26,018 nucleotides of DNA, taken from positions 1 through 26,018 of IMG/VR virus record IMGVR_UViG_3300033067_000187; one strand, written 5' to 3'. Below the pieces are notes generated by a model that was not told where the DNA came from, made no database searches, and worked only from the letters and a program-made list of their open reading frames with translations. Within the stretch, counting starts at the first letter, position 1; the number at the start of each line of letters is the position of its first letter. The stretch comes from a virus. Taxonomy: Duplodnaviria > Caudoviricetes. This document shows positions 16,253-25,536 of the stretch, piece after piece. The position numbers and the translations under genes are program-made.

Positions 16253-16927
16253 ATGCAACGAACTCTGAGGGCTTCTTCAGGCGCAGCGGGGCTGCGCCTC
16301 CTCGGAGCTTCTTTCGCATCGGAGCAAGTGACTGAAGCGGGGGGCTTTGTAACGTCCTACCGCTCCGTGATTGCTGGCGCGGTGTCGATGGATGTTCCTT
16401 CAGGAATTCGGGTGCTTCGTCTGTCAACCAATGGCACAGTGAGGTTGCTCGCAGCTAACAGAGTTCCGGAGACTTACAGCTTTGCCGGAGCGCTGGTCTA
16501 CTCCTACCGCGCGATGCTTCCCGGTGCGGCTGCTGGGAACGGGCAAGTAGCGGTCTACCCGATAGATGTGACTGTTCTCCCAAACCTGTTGCAGAGTGGT
16601 TCTCCGCAGGCTCGCTCAAGCTCTGGGAAGGTCTTGGTAGGGGCGATGGACGTAACCCTGCTGCGCAGCCTCTCTCAGAGCGGCGCAGCTACTGCCAGAG
16701 GAGGTTCCGTAGGGGTGGCGGTAGCTGGGGCTGTCGTGGCGCAGTATCGACAAGTCTTGGCAGGGCAGGTAAGCTTCACGGAAAGCGTCGTCGTGGCTGG
16801 CGCTTTCGTCAATACGAGCCGCGCAGTCATCCCCGGTAAGCCTTTTGTCGGCGTCTCAGGGACAGGATGGACTCCTGTTCGCACTATGGGGCCGATGACT
16901 TGGCAACCTGTCAAGACGACTCGCTAG
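16253..16927 (+). CDS. Hypothetical repeat-containing tail/appendage protein
   Basis: Four AG.[FLV]V...R.[VM][IL].G repeats and a C-terminal WTPV...WQPV; coupled to its neighbours. Confidence 0.6.
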   Translation: MQRTLRASSGAAGLRLLGASFASEQVTEAGGFVTSYRSVIAGAVSMDVPSGIRVLRLSTNGTVRLLAANRVPETYSFAGALVYSYRAMLPGAAAGNGQVAVYPIDVTVLPNLLQSGSPQARSSSGKVLVGAMDVTLLRSLSQSGAATARGGSVGVAVAGAVVAQYRQVLAGQVSFTESVVVAGAFVNTSRAVIPGKPFVGVSGTGWTPVRTMGPMTWQPVKTTR

Positions 16928-16939
16928 ACGGAGACGACG

Positions 16940-18316
16940 ATGCCCAGCGCTTTTTCACCCCTACTGCGATTGGAACTCCCCGCAGTAGGGGAGCAAGACA
17001 ATACGTGGGGGGATACCCTCAATACCAACCTTGGCCCGCTGCTCGATCAAGCTATTGCGGGGGCTTTGGTTGTCGATCTGGCTTCAGGTGACAAGACCCT
17101 GCAAGTACAGAACGGTGCAATAGATGAAGCACGTAACGTAATGCTTCTGTGTGTAGGGGCTCTAGCCGCTGCGCGCACCATCACCATCCCTCCTACTTCC
17201 AAGCTTTACGTAGTCAGAAACTCGACTACTGGCGGGGTTGGTGTAAACATCAAAACCTCGACGGGCAACGTTGTAACTGTTCCAAGCGGGCAGGCTTACC
17301 TTATTGCTTGCGACGGCATCAACGTGTTCGCCGCAGGCGCTACTGGCGGCGTCACCAGCTACAACAGCCGTACAGGCAGTGTGTCTTTTCAGGCAGGGGA
17401 CTTCACCGCTGCCTTTGGTTTCACGCCTGCGCGGATCGACAGCCCCGCTTTCACTGGCACACCTACCGCTCCGACGCCGACAGGCAGCGACGACAGCACG
17501 CGCATTGCCACGACTAGCTTCGTTCGGTCGTTGATCGCGTCCACTACGGCGGGCGTCTCTACATTCAACGGACGCTCTGGCGCGGTGGTACTGACTAACA
17601 GCGACGTGGTGAATGCGCTTGGCTACACCCCGCAAAGCACGGCTATCTCGATCAACTCGGGTACCGGCTTGACCGGGGGTGGAGACCTAAGCGCATCGCG
17701 CACGTTGTCAGTGGTGCCTGACTCGACTGTGCAGCGTATTGAAGTGTCTGTGGGCGGTACTCCTATCGGTACCAAGAAGAAGCTCAACTTCATTGCGGGG
17801 GCCAACGCCAGCATTGCGGCAAACGACAACTCCGCTGCAAACCAGATCGACATCACTGTAACTGCTACGGGTGGCGGTGCTGCGGGCGTTACTAGTTACA
17901 ACGGGCGTACGGGCGCGGTGATGCCCCAGACTTCGGATGTGGTCTCCGCGCTTGGCTACACCCCGTTCAGCAGCGCAGGCGGGGTCATCAGTGGCAACGT
18001 GTCTGTTAGCGGAACACTGTCAGCAGCGAACATGACGGCGACTTCTGATCGTAGGCTGAAGAAAGCGATCCAAGCTATCGACCGCCAGAACTGCGACGCG
18101 TTCATCAACAGCGTCGAGGGCATGCAGTACGTCAAGGACGGTCAAGAAGAGTTAGGTCTCATCGCGCAGGATGTGGGCATCTACTTTCCGCAGCTTGTAA
18201 AGGAAGACGCTCAACGCTTCTTGGGGCTCAATTACAACGGGCTAGTCGCTATTCATCAGCAAGTACTAAGAGGTTTGCTTGAACGAGTACACACGCTAGA
18301 AGCCAAGCTTCTCTGA
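16940..18316 (+). CDS. Tail fibre protein with C-terminal intramolecular chaperone (peptidase S74-like)
   Basis: N-terminal anchor (LRLELP..GEQ..TWG...NTNL..LLDQAIAG), SPAFTGTPTAPT...STRIATTSFV fibre motif, TSDRRLKKAI autocleavage motif, GLIAQDV...P.LV, LNYNGL. Confidence 0.88.
   Translation: MPSAFSPLLRLELPAVGEQDNTWGDTLNTNLGPLLDQAIAGALVVDLASGDKTLQVQNGAIDEARNVMLLCVGALAAARTITIPPTSKLYVVRNSTTGGVGVNIKTSTGNVVTVPSGQAYLIACDGINVFAAGATGGVTSYNSRTGSVSFQAGDFTAAFGFTPARIDSPAFTGTPTAPTPTGSDDSTRIATTSFVRSLIASTTAGVSTFNGRSGAVVLTNSDVVNALGYTPQSTAISINSGTGLTGGGDLSASRTLSVVPDSTVQRIEVSVGGTPIGTKKKLNFIAGANASIAANDNSAANQIDITVTATGGGAAGVTSYNGRTGAVMPQTSDVVSALGYTPFSSAGGVISGNVSVSGTLSAANMTATSDRRLKKAIQAIDRQNCDAFINSVEGMQYVKDGQEELGLIAQDVGIYFPQLVKEDAQRFLGLNYNGLVAIHQQVLRGLLERVHTLEAKLL
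17348..17965 (+). repeat. Three dispersed GV.S/T.N.R.G.V...ALG/FG.TP coding repeats in the tail fibre
   Basis: Copies begin near 17348, 17552 and 17885. A fourth related copy lies near 20321 in the 20153 gene. Confidence 0.8.
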
Positions 18317-18323
18317 GGTAGAC

Positions 18324-20153
18324 ATGCCAATTCAGAAGCTTCTGTTTAGGCCCGGTGTGAATAGTGAAGTCACTACGCTCACCAATGAAGGAGGATGGAC
18401 CCGCTGCAACCGGGTCCGTTTCCGTTCTGGGCAAGCCGCAAAAATCGGCGGGTGGGTGCGCTTGTCCACGGACACCTTCTTGGGTATCGCACGCTCGCTG
18501 TTCAATTGGGCGACGTTGACCGGCAACAACCTCCTCGGTGTCGGAACGCATCTCAAGTACTACATCGAGCAGGGCGGTCGTTACACAGACATCACGCCTA
18601 TTCGAAGGTCCGCAACGCTTGGTACCGACCCTTTCTCCACGACTACTGGCTCGGCAGTTGTGATCGTCAGCGACCCCGCGCACGGCGCTGCGGACGGAGA
18701 CTTTGTAACGTTTTCTGGTGCGGTAGCTTTTGGTGGGTTCACTGTTCAGCAGTTGAACGCGGAGCACCAACTTCGCCTTCTCACGCCGAATAGTTACGCC
18801 GTTACCTTGAGCACGCAGGCTACCAGCGATGCGACAGGGGGTGGCGCTCCACTGGCGGAGTACGAAATTTCGGTTGGCAAGGCAATCTTCAGCGGGGGCA
18901 AAGGGTATGGAACGGGTGTGTATGGTCGCTCTACTTGGGGCTCTCCTGCGGTTGTGGGCATTGGCAACCAGCTTCGTCTCTGGTCTCAAGATGCGTTTGG
19001 CGAAGACCTGATCATCAATCCTCGCGGCGGAGACATCTACTTCTGGGATGTTTCTGCGGGTGGGCGCGCGGTCCCGCTTTCAACGCTCCCCGGCGCCGCC
19101 AGTACTCCTACGAAGGCTAACCATGTTCTCGTGTTCAATAGGTTTGTCATTCTTTGCGGTACGCAGGATTACCTGTCCGGGGCCTTTGACCCTCTTCTTG
19201 TGCGTTGGGGCGACCAAGAAAGCCTTATTGACTTTCACCCTGACATTACCGACCAAGCTGGCGGATTCCGCCTCTCTACTGGGTCTTTCATTGTCACTGC
19301 AAAGGCGACCAAGCAAGAAGTCTTGATCTGGACGGATCAGGCGTTGTACAGCATGCGCGCTGTCGAAGGCCCGGTGTACAGCTTTGATCTTGTGGATCAG
19401 AATGTGTCGATTGCTGGGCCGAACGCCGCTGCGCAAGCTGATAACGTTACTTACTGGATGGGCACCAACAAGTTCTTCCTGTACACCGGGCGTATCGACA
19501 CGCTTGAATGCTCGTTGAAGCGGGAAGTGTTTGACGACTTCAACACTGAGCAAAGCTGGCAAGTGACAAGCGGTTCGAACGAGCGTTGGAACGAAATCTG
19601 GTGGTTCTACCCGTCCAAGGGCTCTTTCGAGAACGATAGCTACGTAGTGTTCAACTACAAGGAGAACGTCTGGTACAACGGCAAGATGCGGCGCTCTGCT
19701 TGGATTGACAACGGAGTTCGGCGCTACCCAATGGCGGCTGTCGATGGAAAGGTGATGTATCACGAATACGGTACTGACGACGCCGAAAACGACGTTCCGC
19801 TTCCTCTTGGGGAGTTCATAGAGTCTTCGGATGTGGACATCGAAGACGGCGACAGGTTCACTTTTGTTTACAAACTGCTCCCTGATGTATCTTTTGAGGG
19901 GTCTGTATCGGAGAATCCTTCGCTGCGCATGCAGCTAAAGGTGCGTGATAGCTCTGGCGATCCTTACTACTCCGGCAAGCGCAACCTCGTTGAACGCGTG
20001 CGTGAACTGGAAGTCGAGGAGTACACAGACACGCTTTACCCGCGCTTGCGGGGGCGGCAATTCACTTTGCGCATCGAAGGCTCGACTGTCTTGGGTAGTA
20101 CGTGGCAGTTAGGCACCCCGCGAATCGGGCTTCGTAAAGATGGGAGGCGATAG
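18324..20153 (+). CDS. Tail nozzle / packaged-DNA stabilization protein (T7 gp12 / P22 gp10-like role)
   Basis: 609 aa, propeller-like (NRVRFRSG...KIGGW, LRLWSQD.FGEDL, LVRW.DQE, EVLIWTD, YWMG, EIWWFYPS, RLRGRQ). GAGG RBS; precedes the ejection genes. Confidence 0.7.
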   Translation: MPIQKLLFRPGVNSEVTTLTNEGGWTRCNRVRFRSGQAAKIGGWVRLSTDTFLGIARSLFNWATLTGNNLLGVGTHLKYYIEQGGRYTDITPIRRSATLGTDPFSTTTGSAVVIVSDPAHGAADGDFVTFSGAVAFGGFTVQQLNAEHQLRLLTPNSYAVTLSTQATSDATGGGAPLAEYEISVGKAIFSGGKGYGTGVYGRSTWGSPAVVGIGNQLRLWSQDAFGEDLIINPRGGDIYFWDVSAGGRAVPLSTLPGAASTPTKANHVLVFNRFVILCGTQDYLSGAFDPLLVRWGDQESLIDFHPDITDQAGGFRLSTGSFIVTAKATKQEVLIWTDQALYSMRAVEGPVYSFDLVDQNVSIAGPNAAAQADNVTYWMGTNKFFLYTGRIDTLECSLKREVFDDFNTEQSWQVTSGSNERWNEIWWFYPSKGSFENDSYVVFNYKENVWYNGKMRRSAWIDNGVRRYPMAAVDGKVMYHEYGTDDAENDVPLPLGEFIESSDVDIEDGDRFTFVYKLLPDVSFEGSVSENPSLRMQLKVRDSSGDPYYSGKRNLVERVRELEVEEYTDTLYPRLRGRQFTLRIEGSTVLGSTWQLGTPRIGLRKDGRR

Positions 20154-21877
20154 TGGCGTGGACTGCGCCGATCATTCCTAACCCTCCTGCTCAGTACGAC
20201 CAACGCATTTTTGAGCAGAGGGACCGGGCTCTGAATTCCGCTCTAGTTTTACTAGCGCGGATTTTGCCTTTGGTGGGTAGCGGTTCTAGTGGAGGAGGCG
20301 GGGGTACGCCTTCTGGGGATTACGTTTCGGCTTTCAACGGGCGCATCGGCAACGTTACGTTGTTGTCCGCTGATGTAACGGGTGCGCTTGGGTTTTCGCC
20401 TTCGTCCAGCACGCATAACCACACAGGTACTTACGCGCTTGTATCTCACACGCATACTGGGCTTTACGCGCCGGTCAGCCACGCTCACGTAATTGCCGAC
20501 ACGACTGGTTTGCAAACGGCGCTCGATGGCAAGGCTGCTACAGCGCATAACCATGACGGTGCGTATTCTCCCGTGGGCCACGGGCACGCTGTCGCGGATG
20601 TTACGGGGCTACAAACGGCACTGGATGGGAAAGCGGCTACTACGCATGACCACACAGGGGTCTATGCACCAGTCAGCCACACGCATGTAATTGCCGATAC
20701 GACTGGCTTGCAGACGGCGCTCGATGGTAAAGCAGCCACGTCTCACACGCACTCTTACGAGGCGGCAGGCGCTGTAGCTGCACATGAGGCGGCGGGCGAT
20801 CCTCACCCTCAGTACCTCACCAGCACCGAAGGCAACGCTGCTTACGCGACTACGGGGCATACGCACAGCGGAGTCTACGAGCCTGCCGACGCCACGATTC
20901 TCAAGGATGCCGATATTGGCGTTACGGTTGCTGCGCAGGGGCACACGCACGCGCAGTTGCACGATGCCGTCACGGTATCGGATTCGTCCTCGATTGACTT
21001 GACACTCACCGGGCAAGCCTTGTCTGCCGCTGCGATCTTCGGCACAACTGCCGGGACGGTCTGCCAAGGCAATGATTCTCGCTTGTCGGACGCCCGCGCC
21101 CCTACCGCGCACAGCCATGTAATCAGCGATGTAACGGGCTTGCAGGCTGCGCTAGACGGCAAGCAGGCGTCAGGCTCTTACCTAACCGATGCGCCGTCCG
21201 ATGGTAATGAGTACGTTCGCAAGAATGGCGCTTGGGCGGTTGAGACGGACTCAGGTGGCGGTGCTACTGACTTGTCTTACACCGCAGCGACCCGAGTGCT
21301 GGCGTCGAGCACGGGTGCGGGTGCAACCCTGCCGCTCGTTTCTTCTTCAGATGCTGGACTAGCTCCGGCATCGGGGGGCGGAACGACTAACTTCCTGCGC
21401 GCTGATGGCACGTGGGCCGCGCCTGCCGGGGGTAGTAGTCCTACAGTCGCAACCTTAGCGAGCGACCAAGCAACCGGCGCGAATACAACGCCCGTCACGC
21501 TTACAGGCTTGTCGTTTAGCTACGCGGCGAACGCAAAATACCGCATTTGGTTCATGGGCCGAGTCTCGCCCGCTGCCGCTACTACGGGTTGCGGGTTTCA
21601 GTTTGACCTGTCAAGTGCGGTGACGAGTATTGATGTTCAGTTCTTTCATCAACTCGCTAGCACCGGAACGCTCTCGGGCGGGCACTCTATTGCGGATGAT
21701 GCCTCTGTTGGCGTGTCCTCTGGCTTGCCGGGGACTGGCACCTATCCAGTTACGGGTCACGGACTGCTAATCACTACCGGCAACACCGGCACGGCACAAC
21801 TTCGTTTTCGCTCTGAGACAACCGCAGTCATCACGGCGAAGGCTGGTTTAACTTTGGTTGTAGAAAGGATTGAGTAA
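20153..21877 (+). CDS. Tail fibre/needle-like protein with His-rich phage tail repeats
   Basis: GTG coupled to the upstream TAG. Repeats of HxH.IAD.TGLQTALDGK, DSRLSDARAPTAHSH, DAPSDGNEYVRKNGAW, NFLRADGTWAAP, and a C-terminal beta-sandwich head. Confidence 0.75.
   Translation: MAWTAPIIPNPPAQYDQRIFEQRDRALNSALVLLARILPLVGSGSSGGGGGTPSGDYVSAFNGRIGNVTLLSADVTGALGFSPSSSTHNHTGTYALVSHTHTGLYAPVSHAHVIADTTGLQTALDGKAATAHNHDGAYSPVGHGHAVADVTGLQTALDGKAATTHDHTGVYAPVSHTHVIADTTGLQTALDGKAATSHTHSYEAAGAVAAHEAAGDPHPQYLTSTEGNAAYATTGHTHSGVYEPADATILKDADIGVTVAAQGHTHAQLHDAVTVSDSSSIDLTLTGQALSAAAIFGTTAGTVCQGNDSRLSDARAPTAHSHVISDVTGLQAALDGKQASGSYLTDAPSDGNEYVRKNGAWAVETDSGGGATDLSYTAATRVLASSTGAGATLPLVSSSDAGLAPASGGGTTNFLRADGTWAAPAGGSSPTVATLASDQATGANTTPVTLTGLSFSYAANAKYRIWFMGRVSPAAATTGCGFQFDLSSAVTSIDVQFFHQLASTGTLSGGHSIADDASVGVSSGLPGTGTYPVTGHGLLITTGNTGTAQLRFRSETTAVITAKAGLTLVVERIE
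20447..20743 (+). repeat. Three tandem 99-nt (33-aa) coding repeats
   Basis: Units start at 20447, 20546 and 20645 (HxHxGxYxPVxHxHxIADxTGLQTALDGKAATx). A partial fourth copy lies near 21110. Confidence 0.9.
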
Positions 21878-23238
21878 TGGCTATCACTTGGGCTCCGTTC
21901 GGTAACACCGCCTTTCCGACTTTCGGAGCGGATGATGTTGCTTACACTGCGCCGCAGATGAACGATTACGGCGAGCTAAGTGGCGGAAGCTGGGGGCTCA
22001 ACAACCCCTATGCCAACACCACGCTCAACGACTACTGGTTACAGCAGAACAACATTCCTGAGTGGATGTACAACTCCAGTAACGTTGCGTGGGAAGGTGA
22101 CGCTGACAACTTCGGCTTGAAGTTCAAGACTGCCGACAAGGAAGGTACCGTAATTCCTTACATGCGAACTGCTGATGGCGGTTGGGCGCCTGACATGTCC
22201 AAGCTCCGCACTCAAGAGTGGGATTCGACGGGCCTCGACAAAGAAGCATGGCTGGTCTTGGGCGCTGCGGCTGGAGCGCTGGGCGGCCCAGCTTTCGGTC
22301 TTGGCGCTGAGGGGGCTTCTGGGCTAGGAGCAGCGGCTGAGTCGTTCCCCGTGGCTTCGTACGGCGCTGTTAATGGCACCGCGCTCCCGGCTTTTGAGGC
22401 GGCAAGCATGGGGGCTTCGATTCCGTGGGCGGGGCCTGTAGGTATGGCTGAAGCTACAGCAGGCAGTTTCTTCCCTCTTGCTGGTGAAGCGGCTGCGGCT
22501 TCGATGAGCGGGTGGCCTGCGTGGATGCAGTCGCCTACAGCACTTACGCCCGAAGTAGTGGGCGGTTCAGGCTGGCCCGCGTGGATGGAAGCTGGCGCTG
22601 CGGGCATTCCTAGTGGCGCAACTTGGTTGACCCCTGAAGCAGTTGCAGCGGGCCTTGGTACAGGCCCTTCGTGGATCGATAAGGTCACTGGGCTCCCCGG
22701 CACGCTGCTCAACAAGGCAGTGGACAGCTTCACGAACGACCCCATTGGTACCGTCCTCAAGGGAGTGTCTATCGGCGGCGCGCTGGGCGGGCTGGTGGAC
22801 TCCGCTTCAGGGGGGTCGAGTGGTAGCGCCTCGGGGGGCCTCGGTTCGGTTGATGGCGCATGGAATGCTCCTTTACCTAAATTCGTTGCCAAACAAACCT
22901 ACACTCCGGCTCCTGCGGGCTACCGCCCCGGCTTTGATCCAGAGCATCAGTTCCTGAAGACGGATGTGGTACCCGGCTACAAACGCGGCGGGGGCATCGC
23001 GGCGGTAGGCGACGGCATGAGCGACAGCATTCCCGCTAGTATCGATGGGGTGCAGCCTGCTAGGCTGAGTCGTAGCGAGCATGTAATTCCCGCCGATGTA
23101 GTCGCGCACTTGGGCAACGGTTCTTCGCAGGCGGGCAGCGAGGTTCTGGATCAGATGACCGCGCGTATTCGTAAGGCTAAGACGGGCACCGATCAACAGG
23201 CCCCGCAGATCAACCCTAGCAAGTTCCTCCCGCGTTGA
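21877..23238 (+). CDS. Putative internal virion/ejection protein
   Basis: G/A-rich with hydrophobic stretches. C-terminal YKRGG...GDGMSDSIPA..DG.QPARLS..E.VIPADVVAHLGNGSS domain. Located after the tail genes. Confidence 0.6.
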   Translation: MAITWAPFGNTAFPTFGADDVAYTAPQMNDYGELSGGSWGLNNPYANTTLNDYWLQQNNIPEWMYNSSNVAWEGDADNFGLKFKTADKEGTVIPYMRTADGGWAPDMSKLRTQEWDSTGLDKEAWLVLGAAAGALGGPAFGLGAEGASGLGAAAESFPVASYGAVNGTALPAFEAASMGASIPWAGPVGMAEATAGSFFPLAGEAAAASMSGWPAWMQSPTALTPEVVGGSGWPAWMEAGAAGIPSGATWLTPEAVAAGLGTGPSWIDKVTGLPGTLLNKAVDSFTNDPIGTVLKGVSIGGALGGLVDSASGGSSGSASGGLGSVDGAWNAPLPKFVAKQTYTPAPAGYRPGFDPEHQFLKTDVVPGYKRGGGIAAVGDGMSDSIPASIDGVQPARLSRSEHVIPADVVAHLGNGSSQAGSEVLDQMTARIRKAKTGTDQQAPQINPSKFLPR

Positions 23239-23245
23239 GGTAATC

Positions 23246-24124
23246 ATGGCTGACCAAAACACTACTACCCAGCAGACCACGCAGCTACCTCAGTGGGCTG
23301 CGGACTACATGACGAACATGCTTGGGCGTACCCAAGCGCTCAGTAACACGCCTTACACGCCTTACGGCGGGCAACGTATCGCTGATTACACGCCGCTTCA
23401 GCAGCAAGCGTTTGATTTCGTCTCCAACATGCGAACCCCCGCCTACTTCAATGAAGGTGCCGGGATTCTTGGTGCGGTTGGCAATACTGGACCGGCGCCT
23501 AAGTGGACCGATTCGGGCATCGCTCAGTCTTACATGTCTCCGTACACGCAGAACGTGACTGACATTGCCAAGCGAGAGACTATCCGCGATGCCGACATCG
23601 CTAAGACTTCAATGGCAGCAAAGCTTGGCCCCGGCTCTTACGGCGGCTACAGGCATGGTGTCATGGAGTCTGAGCTAGACCGCAACACGATGCAGCGGCT
23701 AAGCGATATTCAGTCGCAAGGACTGCAACAGGCTTACACATCTGGCGCTACGCAGTTCAACGCAGATCGCGCCGCTAATCAAGAAGGCATGCGAACGCAG
23801 ATTGCTGCTGGCACCGGGTTGGGCGCTTTGGGTACGGGGCAGATGGGGGCTGACAACACGCTGGCTAACTTGCAGCTTTCGACTGGCGGCGCACAACAGA
23901 ATCTCAACCAGAAGTCTCTTGATACCGGCTACAACGACTTTACTGCCCAACGTAACTGGCCCTACGAGCAGCTTTCGTTCATGAACTCGATCCTGCGCGG
24001 TACACCGACGACTACCAACTCCACGACCAACACGACGACGAACGATGGTAGTGGCAACATCTGGTCGCAAGTGGCTGGTGCAGGAACTGGTCTTTACTCT
24101 CTTTGGAAGATGTTCGGAGGTTAA
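23246..24124 (+). CDS. Putative DNA ejection/pilot protein
   Basis: GAGG RBS. Q/T/N-rich helical protein (LPQWA..Y, YTPYGGQRIA, YMSPYTQNV, PYEQLSFM..IL.G.P) with a C-terminal amphipathic Gly-rich helix. Confidence 0.7.
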   Translation: MADQNTTTQQTTQLPQWAADYMTNMLGRTQALSNTPYTPYGGQRIADYTPLQQQAFDFVSNMRTPAYFNEGAGILGAVGNTGPAPKWTDSGIAQSYMSPYTQNVTDIAKRETIRDADIAKTSMAAKLGPGSYGGYRHGVMESELDRNTMQRLSDIQSQGLQQAYTSGATQFNADRAANQEGMRTQIAAGTGLGALGTGQMGADNTLANLQLSTGGAQQNLNQKSLDTGYNDFTAQRNWPYEQLSFMNSILRGTPTTTNSTTNTTTNDGSGNIWSQVAGAGTGLYSLWKMFGG

Positions 24125-24127
24125 GAA

Positions 24128-25534
24128 ATGAATCTCGTCGAAATTGCCAACGAACTTCAGATGATGGACGACAAGACCGTTGAGGGTTACTTGCGTAAGC
24201 CGATGGGTCAAGTACCGCCGTTTCTTGCTGCTGCGGAGATGAACCGCCGCAAGACTATTCGCACGCAGGGGAACGCGGGCAAGCCTGTCGATGTAACGCC
24301 TGTGGTGGACAAGATGACCAACAAGGGCCTAGCCGGGGTGCAGAAGTTCTCGGGCGGCGGCTTTGTTGATTACATGCAGAGCATCAACCCGTTCAGCGAC
24401 GAGAACATCGCAAGGATGCGCGCGACGCCGTGGTTCGCTGACGTGGGTTCTGACAAGTACACGGGCATGGGTCCGGGGCCGATGTACATCAAGACCCGCC
24501 AGCCTGAACGCGACATTCCTTCTCGCGCGGGGTTGTACAGCAACGAGGCTTACTCTGACTGGCCTTCTTTCAAAGGCGTTGATTCAGGATATTCTGGTCG
24601 CCCCGTCGAACCCGACTGGAAGATCACGCGTGACGTTGCACAAGGTGGCGTGGGTGTTCCGAGGAGAGCCTTCCCTGAACTCGATCTGAAGAACCTCCCT
24701 TCAACTGACCTGACGGATGTGCAGCAGGAGCTTAGTTACGAGAAGTTGCGTAAGAAGTACGGTAAGGGTGTCGCAGACAAGATTCTGGAAGACATCAGTA
24801 AGGAAAAAGAGGGCGTCAAAGCCCGCGAATCTACTGACAGGTACGAATCGCTGCTCAAGGCTGGCCTCGCCATGATGGCAGGACGTAGCCGCAACGCCAT
24901 GATCAACATCGGGCAAGGCGGCATTGCGGGGCTCGATGACTATCAAAAGCTCAAGGCACAGCGCCAAGCGGAACTGCGAGACCTCTCAGGTCAAGAGCGC
25001 GCGGCACTACTGCAACAAGGAGCGCGGGAAGACAACATCACTTCTGCCGGTATCGCGCAAGTAGACAAGGAACGTGATCGCCAGCATCGTACCTATCAAG
25101 ACGCCCTCGGAATTCGTGGTATGGAGTTCGGTGCCAAGGCTGAGGGGGCTAAGTTCTACCAGACTGCTGATCTTGCAATTGCCAAGCTGCAAGAAGACGC
25201 CAAGGCGCGGGGCGATTACAGAATGCTTCAGCAAGCTACGTTGGCTGCAAACATGCTTTCTCAGCAAGAGACCAAGGCAGTCGCTCTTGCAACCGCGCAA
25301 GTCAAGCAAGTCATGGCGTCGCCGCAGTTCTCTACGCTTTCTCCAGAAGAGCAAGCAATCAAGCAGCAAGAGCTTCTTTCGGTGTACACGGATCAGATCA
25401 TGCGTTCGCCGGAGTTCCAGAAGTCGCAAGAATTCTTCAAGGCGATGATTTCTAGAGGGCTTGGGCATCTCGGGCAGGCGCCGTTTAGCTCTGGAAACAT
25501 TCCTTACAATAGTCTTCCCGCTACGAGGAAGTAA
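24128..25534 (+). CDS. Putative internal virion/ejection protein
   Basis: Helical, with LLKAGLAMMAG.S.NAM.NIGQGG..GL..Y motif and a coiled-coil C-terminus; position within the ejection cluster. Confidence 0.6.
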   Translation: MNLVEIANELQMMDDKTVEGYLRKPMGQVPPFLAAAEMNRRKTIRTQGNAGKPVDVTPVVDKMTNKGLAGVQKFSGGGFVDYMQSINPFSDENIARMRATPWFADVGSDKYTGMGPGPMYIKTRQPERDIPSRAGLYSNEAYSDWPSFKGVDSGYSGRPVEPDWKITRDVAQGGVGVPRRAFPELDLKNLPSTDLTDVQQELSYEKLRKKYGKGVADKILEDISKEKEGVKARESTDRYESLLKAGLAMMAGRSRNAMINIGQGGIAGLDDYQKLKAQRQAELRDLSGQERAALLQQGAREDNITSAGIAQVDKERDRQHRTYQDALGIRGMEFGAKAEGAKFYQTADLAIAKLQEDAKARGDYRMLQQATLAANMLSQQETKAVALATAQVKQVMASPQFSTLSPEEQAIKQQELLSVYTDQIMRSPEFQKSQEFFKAMISRGLGHLGQAPFSSGNIPYNSLPATRK

Positions 25535-25536
25535 GC

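Noticed and set aside
20447-20743. Regularly spaced repeats as a possible CRISPR array
   Set aside because: They are in-frame 99-nt coding repeats with third-position divergence and no constant-repeat/unique-spacer pattern.
12212-21877. Diversity-generating retroelement or invertase-driven fibre switching
   Set aside because: No reverse transcriptase, recombinase, adenine-specific TR/VR repeat pair or flanking inverted repeats were seen in this window. Such elements elsewhere in the genome cannot be excluded.
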